From NCBI RefSeq assembly GCF_000143415.4, contig NW_003314362.1, positions 420,072 through 468,259 on the forward strand: 48,188 nt of DNA, in the 5' to 3' direction. The DNA comes from Selaginella moellendorffii. Taxonomy: Eukaryota > Plantae > Lycopodiophyta. The stretch's first letter is position 1; the number at the start of each line of letters is the position of its first letter. The notes beneath the pieces are model-generated. The model made no database searches and was not told the DNA's origin. It was given only the letters and a program-made list of their open reading frames with translations. Shown here piece by piece: positions 33,385 through 43,873 of this stretch. Both the position numbers and the translations under genes were made by a program.

Positions 33385-36300
33385 TCACTTCGTGGCAATG
33401 CAACACCGCTTTCTTTGTTGAAACTCTAAACATCGTTTTTTTGTCATCTCCCGGCGCTTGAGGGGATTGAAGTATAGCCATCGTACCATGCTACTAGATT
33501 TTTTAGAGTTGGGATGGCCATCACCGCCACCTTTTCCAGGCATGCCGTGTAGAACATAAGCTCTGGCGAGTCCATACATACCGTCCATTTTTCCAAATCC
33601 AAGTAGCTTGGCCATCTTAGCCAGCAAAGTTTCGTGCTTGTCACTAAATTCACCCCCAGCAGCGCGCAACATAACATCCCTCAGGGCATTATCTATGTCT
33701 TCCAAGCTAGCTTCTAGCTTTTTCACTGTCTTTGGGGAGTGAATCCACGCTCCAAGCTCTTGGCAGATCTTCTTTGTCACAGTCTCAGCCAAGTAAACCC
33801 CTTCCTTACGGCGACTAGAGGTTAATAACAGCGTCATGTGTTGACGGTTTATGACGGGATCGATAAGTAATACTCTGCCTGCAAATCAAAAATCACATTA
33901 GAAGAAGCGTGTAAGTTGAAATTGATATACTCACAATCCTGTATCCATGTTGTACGATCAAAGGTGTATGGCATGCTATCCTCGAGAACCAGCTGAAAGA
34001 AAAGGTTCGTGCTTAGAACAATAAGGCAAAGCAAGAACGAGAAAACAACACTTACATTGGCCAAGTAGAGGATTATTTCACCGAGCCAACTGCTGGTCAC
34101 AACCTTCTTGGGGAGAGGATTAGCAACTTGGAACTGTCCCTGCTTCGCCAGCTCCATGATTTCTCCAAGCTCGCTTGTCTGCAAGAGCTTGGCATTGTCC
34201 TCCCACTGCGAGTTCGCGCACAGGGTCACAAACTGGCCACTGAAATCTTCCCCGAACACTCTGGCCGCGGCACGAAACAAAAGCTGGCGCTCGTCTTCAC
34301 AAGAGTTGCTTGAGCCGAGTGTGGACTTGACGTGCTCCACGAAACTGTTGCCGGTGAATTTGCACAGCTCCTTGAGCTCGTCGTGATCACGCTGCCCTTT
34401 GCTCGTTCTCGTCCAAGTGAACAGCAGGCGACCAATCAGCGCGCTCACGTTGTGACAATTGTAGATGTTTGATCGCAGATACAGTCGAAAGTTGTGGAAG
34501 ATTTGCGAGTGGTCTTCAATGAAATGCTTGAGGCATTCATGGTCACCAAATGATAAACGTAAAATTCGCGCACCTATGAAATGCTGAAAAGATGAGAAAG
34601 ACGTGGAGTCAAACATCTGGAAATAGAAAACCAATAACGTACCACAAGTATCTGGCGGACAGCACTCGTGATATCGATGCCTCTGAACTCGACCTTCGGT
34701 AGAACGTAGAACCAGGCACAGATTTTTTCAATTCTTTCCGGGGATGGTGGATCAAAAATCTTGACATTCTGGAAGAAGAAGAAGAGGAGATTCTCGAATT
34801 GGCCCCTGCCGCCAGCGTGACGATCCACCATAGCCTTCTTTTCGGAATAGACGAGCCAATCCAGAGATTGCTCCTCGTCGTTCCCAAGCCGGATCAAAAA
34901 CCATGCAAGGACGAGGTCGGCCAGCGACGCACTCAGATCGAACAGTCGCATAGCATCCGAGAGACGCGATTGTGCGTGCTGGGGAGAGGGAATTCCTTCC
35001 ACCACCTTCTTTACATCTGGATCATATATGCCATCAGTAACCAAGAAAAAGGAGGGGAAAGAACAAAGGAACACATACTTGCTATCACTTCTTCGTCACT
35101 CTTGTCCACCCATCCCTCGGCCATTTTCTGCAAGACCATAGAGAATTCTTCACAAAGATGAAATGGTTTCTAGAGAAAAATCTCACCTTGTCGAGCTTGG
35201 CGACGATGTAGTGGCACTGGGGCTTGCAGCAATGAAGACGCAGTGCACACAAATGATCATACCTGTGATGACCAATCTCCCTTTGTCGTCCTTCCCTGCG
35301 CGTGAAATAGTCGGAGGCAATCAACAGGTGCACGGCAGCGTCTGGCACGGGGCAATCCAACAAGCACACAGCGATCGCACTCCAGATCTTCCATTTCACC
35401 TCCGAAACAGTGGATGAAACACTCCCGTCTGGAAGGATTTCAAAAAACCACGCACCCGCCGGCTCATCCAGCTCCAGCCCAGACTGATGAAACAGCGCCC
35501 TCGCAACTCTGAGAATCTGCTGCCCCCGGGCGCCGCGGAACCATTGCGTCACGCGATAGCCCACCGCTGGATTCCATCCTACAGCTATCTCCATTAAGGT
35601 TCTTCCTTTACACGGGGATAGGGCACAAATATATTATTGGCGCGAATTAATACATGAGATCGAACAAAAGGGTCGTTTGTAAAAACAAATTGTCGAGAAA
35701 TTGGTCGTAGCTGCGAGGCAAAGTCCAGAAATCCGGAGAGAACTGTTCGTAGAAGTCTGCAAAGAAATAAAAGGGATCATGAAAAACAAATGCACAAGTG
35801 TGGCAAACCTGGTTCCACAGCCGCCGGAGCTTCTGGATCTGGCACTGACGCTGCGTTCGCTGCCACGACTAGATCATCGTCGTTTGATTCCTCATCCATG
35901 CTTGGATCTCGTACTGCCACTGCCACGAGTTGATCGACAGGCTCCAGTGTTTGATATGGCACAGCCACGAGATAGTCGTCTTTTGCCTGCTCGTCGAGAT
36001 CTGGCACTGCCGCACCTCCTGTCGGACCCTTGTCCTCTTTAGGCTCGACTATCCAATTGTCAACTTCTGCCTCGTCGTCTTCACTCTTGAGCCGGTCACA
36101 TTGATCATCGTCCACTCCTGGATCATACTCTTCTATCTGTGAGAAGTCCTCGTCTACCACCACATCCTCGTCTTCTTCTTCTTCTTCTTCTTCTTCTTCT
36201 TCTTCTCTCATTGCATGGTCATCCGCTTCTATCACTGCGTGCTCGTCTTCTTGTCGTAGTTCTTCCATACCTTCCAAGCTTGCAGTGCTGTCTCGGACAA

Positions 36301-38008
36301 GCTCCTGCATCGCTTCGTCCCACGAAATTTGGATTTCTGCTAGATCGTCGCCTTGAGGGAACTGGTGTGCCAGAACCTGTATCTCCGCTGCCTCGTCGTT
36401 CTCACTCTCAAGCCCATCACATTGAGCATTGTCCACTCTTGCATCCTCTTCTATCTGTGCGAATTCATCTTCGTCTACATCGTCTGCTTCTCCTGCTTTG
36501 TTATCTTCTCCTTCTTCTCTCGCTGCATGGTCTTCCGCTTCTATCACTGCGTGCTCGTCGTCTTCCCTTACTTCTTCCATACCTTCCGACCTTTCTGTGC
36601 CGTCCCGGAGGAGCTCCTGCACAGCTTCGTCCCATGAAATTTGGATTTCCGCTGGATCGTCGTCTCGAGGGAACTGGTGCGCCAGAACCTGTATCTCCAC
36701 TGCCTCGTCGTCTTTGCTCTCGAGCCCGTCGCATTGAGCATCGTCTACTCTTGGACCCTCTTCTATCTGTGCGAATTCATCTTTGTCTACATCGTCTTCT
36801 TCTCCCGCTTCATGATCTTTTTCTTCTTCTCTTGCTGCCTGGTCCTCCACTTCTATCACTGCATGCTCGTCTTCTTCTCCTTCTTCTTCCATATGGAGAT
36901 CACCTTCCGAGCTTACTGTGTCATTGTCGTCGTCTCGGGGGAGCTCCCCTTCAGCCCACGAAAATTGGTTCTCCACTTCTACCATCGTTGGATCGTCGTG
37001 TCGAGAGAACTGGTGCGCCTCCTCGAAAGCCCATGGATGCCAACTCCTGTACTTATGGAAATCGCCAAAGGAGTGTGCGACCATTTCTACCGCCTGAGCT
37101 ACACGTACCGTCTGGTAGAACTCCAGCCTGCCATATAAATCGCCCAAGCTGGCCGGCGTCATTCTCACAGGAGAAACCTGGGCTCGGTCGGAGTCCCATG
37201 AAGGCGTGCCATCGAAATAGTTGCGCATGATGGCCTCGGCTGGTCTGGCGGAGTCCCGTGGAAGCTTGCCATCGAAATAGTTGCGTACGATGGCGTCCGC
37301 TATTTCGCCTAGAGAGAAATCCTGCGTTGCCTCCCACACCTGGACGTTGGAATCGCTAGCGCTCAAGCTGGTCGGATCATCCGTCGCTACAGGCCCATAA
37401 TCTCCTGCCGCTGCTTCGCCACTGATCGCCGCATGGGACTGAATGCCGCGGAGGCCGGAGCCTGAACTGCTAGCACCGAAGGCTTGGTCTTTCGCTGCGA
37501 CCGCTGGAACCAAGGTGGCCGCCACCACTCCCACGGGAGAGAAATCCTGAGCTGTGCTTCCCGGCTGCTCGAAGGCTTCCACTTTTGCTGCGATCGCTAA
37601 GGTCGAGCTGCGCTGGAAAGATGACAAATCCGCGAAGCTTGTCAGCGAACCAAAGCTTGGAAAAGGATCATCCGTCGCTGCCTCGCCACCGATCCTCGCA
37701 TGCGACCGCTGAATGTCGCCGAGGTGATCAAATCCGGAGCCTGGATCGCTAGGGACAAAGACTTGGTCTTCTGCTGCGACCGCTGGAAGCTGGATGGATG
37801 ATGAAGACCTGGGAAGAGAAGTTCTTGCGGGATCATCTGTCACTACTGGCCAGGAATCGCTGAAGCTCGTCGTCACTGCTTCGTTACCGACCGCTGCCGC
37901 CTCGCCGAGAAGTTCAAGCTCGGTAGCATGGATCTCTCCCATTTCCGATGCCACTGGTGCCGCAATTCGCCGGCGCTTCCATGGCTCCCCGAGCCGACCT
38001 CCTGCCAT
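33385..38008 (-). CDS. Large multi-exon orphan gene with a long acidic repetitive first exon and an uncharacterised C-terminal region
   Basis: 743-aa ORF from ATG 38008 with TATAAAG ~45 bp upstream. Consecutive minus-strand ORFs (35085-35594, 34574-35074, 33849-34634, 33385-33837) are separated by short intron-like tracts. Exon joins were not fully resolved and this could be two genes. Confidence 0.6.
36055..37020 (-). repeat. Three in-frame acidic repeats (312 and 336 bp spacing) including a (TTC)n poly-Glu tract
   Basis: actggtg (AHQF) anchor at 36361, 36673 and 37009; repeated EDEHAVIE..DEF.QIEE..QCD.L.S.DDEA. Confidence 0.9.
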
Positions 38009-38554
38009 TTTCTTGCTTACAATATGACCTCTGGCTTTTAACCCATACCTTTATAGCTCGATAGAAAACCATCGGTAAAAACCAAAGTGATCCTGGAGAA
38101 TAAAATAGTTACTAAGTTAGCATCAAGGAATGGACCTTTATATTCTTCCGTCGTCGCCAAGCTAGGGTTTCTTCCCCCAAGAACAACCGCGGTGGCCGAC
38201 GCCATCCATCTGCAAGATCGATTCGTCTCGCGTACCGATCAAAGCCAGCTAGCGCGAGACTCAATCGAGAAAACCGCGAGAAAACTGTAAAATACGCACC
38301 AAGAATGGCGGCTAGCTGCCTGATCCCAAAGATCGGACCGGCCAGAGAGTGAAATACGCCAGTGCCACGCCGAGGAGATTCTAGCGACGCACGCCGGCGT
38401 CGGCGCCATGGATGAGCACGCATTGAAGAGCAATGCGCAATTTAGGTCTCCATCCAAGCAAAGGGCAAACAATGGCGGGATGTTTCAAAATATCGAATAT
38501 AATAGAATATCCTAGTCGCTTGGCGGGAAATGTTCTAGGTCGAAACCCGTTTCA

Positions 38555-39420
38555 CGGGGCAAGCGCATTCACGGCGGCCTAGATCGTCACAGGTTCTCCG
38601 GAAATATTCTCAGGGAAATGCAGGGAAGTGCGGCCGCGCGGCGTTGGGAGTCTTTCACAAGATGGAAGGTCAACATTGCGATCGCAGCATTTGCCCAGAA
38701 CTGGCAAGTGCGAGAAGGATCTTGGCGTGCGCTCACAACCATCGTGGATCCCTGATGATGCTCCTCGAAGGGATCGAGTCGTCTATCTCGATCACCGATG
38801 ATCATGTCTCACGAGGATCTTATCCATTCGCTCTGGAGGCGATAATCTCTCCATTGCCAATTGCCTCTACTCAGCGGATCACTGGACACTGCGAGGGAGA
38901 CCTTTGATCCATGAAGAGCAGATATGTGAACTGGAATACGATCTCGGGTTACACAGGAAGAACTTGTCAACCTCTTCAAGAGAATGCTGGAAGATCCCAG
39001 CGGCCCCAAGCCGGATCGCTTGACGTTCTTCAGTGTTGTGGATGCTTGCAACTCGCTGGAACGATCCATCCTCTCGCAATGGCGAGGAAGATCGCTAGAG
39101 ATGCTCCACACGGCGCTGCTCAACATGTATGCTCGCTGCCATAGCCTCGACGATGCAAGGAAAGTCTTCACGCGATTTGCTGCCATAGCCTCAACGATGC
39201 AAGGAAAGATTTCGACGAGGACGCGATGTGCTGGAACTCTCGCTCGTCGCTGCCTACGCTCAGATTGGATCCGGCACGGAAGCGCTGCAAATCTTCCGCG
39301 AGATGGATCTTCGAGCAGAGTCTCTCTCATGCTTGCGCTGGAAGCTTGCTCCAACGACGGTGGCGATGTCATCAAGCAGGGAAGAGCTCTCCACGAGAGG
39401 ATCGGTCGCCAGCGACGTGT
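38555..39420 (+). pseudogene. Deletion-riddled collinear copy of part of the 963-aa PPR gene (~25190-26450)
   Basis: MLEDPSGPKPDRLTFFSVVDACNSLE, TALLNMYARCHSLDDARKVF and SRVSLMLALEACSNDGGDVIKQGRALHERI nearly match the intact gene. Confidence 0.9.
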
Positions 39421-39439
39421 AGGCCAACAGCACTCTTCC

Positions 39440-40180
39440 AAGAGATCGCTTTACCAAGCTGTTGGTCAAGCTAAAGTCAATGGCGGTCAATGACGGACAT
39501 GGCGAATGACAAACAAAAAACTTTCATAAAAATAGCTCAAGAGCAATCCCTCGTCGAATCAGGGCTCCACATGCTTACATGGACGAGGCTGGAACGCCCA
39601 GCAAACTTTTCCCAGGTGGATCGTACAACAAGGATGGCAAAAATATCATATTCTTTCATCCATGGCAAAGAGTATGGGTAAGCTAGAGGGATGCGCTACC
39701 TTGAACGCCGATGTTGAGGAGGAATTCTCGAAAGAGACAGTAAGTTTTTCTCTGGTTACCAATTTTACACGATCCATTGATCTCCTTTATCTTGTATTTT
39801 CAGCATCCAGCATGACGATCCCGAGCCTGGTTCTTCAAAAGAAGAAGTGAAACTCGACTGTGCCACTCACGAATTCATTGGAAAGCATCGGTACTTCTCT
39901 TTGTTTTCGGATCGTACTTTAATTTCTTCTTTTGCTTCCAGGACGATCTAACAGATGAAATGGTCGCTAGGTTAAAGTTTGTTCCAAAACCTCTCCTGGA
40001 ATTCACGATTCTTCCTTTTCTGACACGGTTTGCCTGCTTGCATGCTCTGTCCAAGTTGTGGATGCCACTGGCGACGCTCTACAGAAGCTTGGCCTCCGCG
40101 AACTGAAGAACTCTTGGCTTCTCATCTTCGCCATGCTTTGTGTTTTCATATTCACGATCGCAGTCATCCGGATCTCTTGA
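39440..40180 (+). pseudogene. USE1 SNARE pseudogene with upstream region (copy of ~42110-43348)
   Basis: tgacgatcccgagcctgg, aagaagtgaaactcgac, ggacgatctaacagatgaaatggt and gcagtcatccggatc are shared with the intact gene; many deletions. Confidence 0.85.
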
Positions 40181-40280
40181 CAAGCACGAGTCTCTAAGCT
40201 GGTAGTAACACTGTTCATACATCTGCTCCAAAGATTATGTAACTTGCTCAAAGTTTTTAAAAGTATACGTCCAGATTGTT

Positions 40281-41075
40281 TTAAGGCATGGCTAAGGTAG
40301 GAAGGAATGCCATGGTAACATTGCTTACTCCCGTCGTCAAAGTTTTCTCATGTGAGAAATGATGCCGATCCTGGTAGAATACGACGTGTTGGTCCTTCGT
40401 CAAGGAGATCCTCCATGACAATGACCTTTTGTCCACCCGCAACACGAATATGCCCTCGACACATGATCCCACGAAGTATGGAGTTGCCATCAAACGATCA
40501 GGATCATGATAAGATCCCCAATCCTTTGTCTTCGAATTATAATCCATGACGAGCGTGGCAAATGCGACAACCACATGGTAATGCCCTGACCTCGTAACTC
40601 TAAAGACGTATTCCCACGGCTTCTCCTTGACATCAAGACGGGGAAGAATTCTCCACGCATTCGTCAGTGGATTTCCAACAGCTAAAGTCATGGCCTCGCT
40701 GCCAGTCTGGTCCAGATCCTCCAGCCTCCCACACACAAGCCCCAGCGAACACGCCACGAAGCAAAACCGGTGTCCCGGCGGACCGACGGAGAAGGAGCGA
40801 TGATCAAGCTCCCTGCCCTGATTGTTGAGGAGAGCGTCCAGTGAAGGATACAAGAGCAAGCGGCGGCCACATTGTAACACAAGCCATGGCTCCAGATCTC
40901 CAAACCATGGATCTCCGGCTGCCCTGCGCGCCACAGCTTCCCTGAGCTCCTGTGAGCGTGCAAGCAGATGCCATTGCTTGCAGATGCGCCCGGCTTTGAG
41001 GATTATATCTGCTGGGCTGAGGCGAGACAAGATGTCGAGCACTAGATCATCGCCCAGAGCATCAAACGCTCCCAT
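40281..41075 (-). CDS. F-box protein, 264 aa, intronless
   Basis: FDALGDDLVLDILSRLSPADIILKAGRICKQW F-box, followed by VACSLGLVC..VGNPLTNAWRILP of the F-box-associated/Kelch-like type. TATAAAAG upstream at ~41118-41125. Confidence 0.85.
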   Translation of the reverse strand: MGAFDALGDDLVLDILSRLSPADIILKAGRICKQWHLLARSQELREAVARRAAGDPWFGDLEPWLVLQCGRRLLLYPSLDALLNNQGRELDHRSFSVGPPGHRFCFVACSLGLVCGRLEDLDQTGSEAMTLAVGNPLTNAWRILPRLDVKEKPWEYVFRVTRSGHYHVVVAFATLVMDYNSKTKDWGSYHDPDRLMATPYFVGSCVEGIFVLRVDKRSLSWRISLTKDQHVVFYQDRHHFSHEKTLTTGVSNVTMAFLPTLAMP

Positions 41076-41184
41076 GCTTGGCTCCGTCTTCTTCTAAAGT
41101 ATCTCTTTGGTGGGTACCTTTTATAGTCGCGGGGAAAAAAGGTTTCCTTATCCCTATATTTATATCATATGAACTTGATTCGTA

Positions 41185-41600
41185 AGCTGGCTTATACGAG
41201 CGAGCAAGCTCGACACTGGCAGAAGAAATTCGATGCGTGACCGATGCCACCGATGCGGCAACATATGCCACCATCCTGCTGCATCGAGAAATCTCTCGAG
41301 CAAGCCCGGCTAGCACACTCCAAGGTGCGCAAGAGCGAGCACCGGGACGGTCGATTCATTCAGATGGAGATGTATGGCAAGTGCAAGATGCGTACTTGGA
41401 TGCGAGAAAGAAATGTGTGTCTTGGAATGTCATGGTTTCTGACAAGCAGCACGCCCAAGCCATCGAGGTCTTCCTGAGAATGCTGCTCAATGGAACCAGG
41501 CCACAAACAATACCATATCTCGGTGCTCTCGATGCTTGCTCGGGCTTGTCACCGAAAGAGGCTGTGATCAAGACTTGACTGTGGCAAACAGCTTATCAAA
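41185..41600 (+). pseudogene. Deleted 5' fragment copy of the PPR gene at 43874-46126
   Basis: gcagaagaaattcgatgcgtgaccgatgccaccga.. to ..ggctgtgatcaagacttg is collinear with ~43920-44380. Confidence 0.9.
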
Positions 41601-41689
41601 TGCTTCTCGGTGGCGAGCATCCGACTTCCATCACAATCAATCGCCACAACGCCGCACGGGGGAGGACGTCCTCCAACCACATCTCCTTG

Positions 41690-41945
41690 TAATGCGTCTA
41701 TTATCATAGCTCCACGTCTCGCGACGATCTTCTCCATTCGACGCTCACCGTGGAGGCAATCATCTCTCCATTGCCAATTGCCTCGTGCAGTGCTACTGCA
41801 AACCGAGCACAGTCTCTCCCTTGCTCGCGCTGGGAGCTTGCTCCAGCGATGGTGGCGATGCCATTAAACAAGGACGAGCTCTCCACGAGAGAATCAGTCG
41901 CTAGGGACGTGTAGGCGCATGGAAAATGCCGAGCGAAGGTGCTGC
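41690..41945 (+). pseudogene. Further decayed fragment of the 963-aa PPR gene
   Basis: catctctccattgccaattgcctcgtg (cf. ~25830) is joined to gcttgctccagcgatggtggcgatgccattaaacaagg (cf. ~26360-26400). Confidence 0.8.
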
Positions 41946-42241
41946 AAGATGCGATGCGATCATGATTATACTGTGTGTTTGGCAGTGTCTTGTGCTCTAT
42001 TAAATCTAGCTCGCCATTTTTGGATCCATGCACTAAATTAATAGCCCCAATGCCATCGTCCTTCTCTGATATGGAGGGACTATGATCAACCCAAGAAAGC
42101 ACTCGTCCAGAGAGATCGTTGAGACCAGGCTGTTGGTCAAGCTAAAGTCAATGGAGGTCAACGGAGGTCATGGAAAATAAATTTCCATGAAAATGTAGCT
42201 CAAGAACCCTAAAATTTGAGAAATACAGTGATCGATCGATC

Positions 42242-43348
42242 ATGGGGCTGAGCAAGGCGGAGGTGAAGCTGCGGAGGCTGCTGGCGTCGATGCCCAGGCA
42301 GGAGAATGAGCGCAAGCTCGTCCATGTAAGCATTGATTAAATTGGAGCCCTGATACGATCGATTTTGACGAGGGATTGTAGTATGTGGCAACGGCTAGAG
42401 AGCTCCTCACTGTTCTCACGGGAGAGAACGCCCAGCAAAATCTTCCCAGGTAGATCTTAGCTAAAAGGATGGGAAAAATATTGATTCATTCATTGCTAAC
42501 AAGTTTTCTTCCATCCATGGCAGCATTTCAATGGACAAAGCCCGAGAGTATGGCGAACAGATTGAAGCGTTTGCCGAGAAGATCAACGTCACACAAATGG
42601 TAAGCTAGAAACGTTTTTCCTTTTGTGTTTTCTCTTTACGAGGATAAAAAAAACTAGGCAGATATGTGGGATGCGCTCAAAACTTCTACCTCGAACGCCG
42701 ATGTCGAGGACGAATTCTCGGCGACTCCTGCCGAAACTCCAGTTCCCGAGCGCAATCTTCGAAAGAGACAGTAAGTTATCAAGTCTACTACATGATCATT
42801 TGATCTCTTGCTCTTGTCTTGTGTTATTCTTTCGGCCAAGCAGCATCCATCGTGACGATCCCGAGCCTGGTCCTTCAAAAGAAGAAGTGAAACTCGACAG
42901 TGCCACTCATGAATTCATTGGAAAGCATCGGTACTTTCTCTTTGTTTTTCTGGATCGTACCTTAAGTTCTTCTTTTGCTCAGGCGACTCCAGGACGATCT
43001 AACAGATGAAATGGTGGCGTTAGCTCGACACATGAAAGAGTCGACACTGCTCATGCAACAATCCCTGCAAGACACAGACAAAGTTTGTTCCAAATCATCT
43101 CCTAGAATTGTTCTTTTTTTTTTTTCAGGATTCTTTCTTTTCTTTCTGACATGATTTGTTGCTCTGTCCAGGTTGTGGATGCCACTGGCGAGGCTGTAGA
43201 GCGAAGCTTGGCCTCCGCGAACCGTGTGACTCGAAGAGCCGGCGAGCTCTACTCGCGAGGCTTTAGCACTGGATGCTACACTTGGCTTCTCATCTTTGCC
43301 ATGTTTTGTGTCTTCATATTCATGATCGCAGTCATCCGGATCACTTGA
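42242..43348 (+). CDS. USE1: USE1-family Qc-SNARE (ER retrograde transport), multi-exon
   Basis: MGLSKAEVKLRRLLASMPRQENERKLVH|YVATARELL..KHR|RLQDDLTDEMVALARHMKESTLLMQQSLQDTDK|VVDATGEAVERSLAS..CYTWLLIFAMFCVFIFMIAVIRIT*. SNARE coil plus C-terminal TM anchor; short GT-AG introns. Confidence 0.9.
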
Positions 43349-43374
43349 TGATGTTCTCTCTTTTCTAGACCGAT

Positions 43375-43760
43375 AGTCAAGGCATGGCCAAGGTAGGAAC
43401 GAATGCAACGCTAACTTCGCTTACTCCCTTCATCAAAGTTTTCTCATCTGACAAGTGCTCGTCCTGGTAGAGCAGAATGTGTTGGCGCTTCGTCAAGAAG
43501 AACCGCCATCTCAAGTGTTACATGGAGTCGCTCCCCGAAAGTATAGTGGCGCTGAGCAAGGACGAGCTCCCCAAGCATTTTTCTTGGAATCATAATCCAT
43601 AGCATGCCGGTCATCAAACTTGAGAATTACATGGTAATGCCCTGACCTTTTAACTCTAATGATGTGATATCAAGTTCTCCATACATTCGTGAGTGGATTT
43701 CCAACAGCTAGAGTCGTCGCCTCGCTGCCAGCCTCGTCCAGAACCTCAGCGAGCACGCCA
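43375..43760 (-). pseudogene. Decayed 3' part of an F-box paralog (copy of ~40281-40760)
   Basis: aggcatggccaaggtaggaa, tcaaagttttctcat, acatggtaatgccctgacct and gtggatttccaacagcta are shared with the intact F-box gene. Confidence 0.85.
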
Positions 43761-43873
43761 GGAGTGTAGGAGGCATGCCAAAGAAGCTTTCGTTTAGAGT
43801 GTCTTGTATCAAAAGAACTTGATTTATTTTTAGTGTGTAGTTTTGGTATGATTCATGACGGCCAAGCTGGCTT

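Noticed and set aside
36139-37230. 363-aa Leu/Arg-rich plus-strand ORF
   Set aside because: Antisense shadow of the acidic repeat exon.
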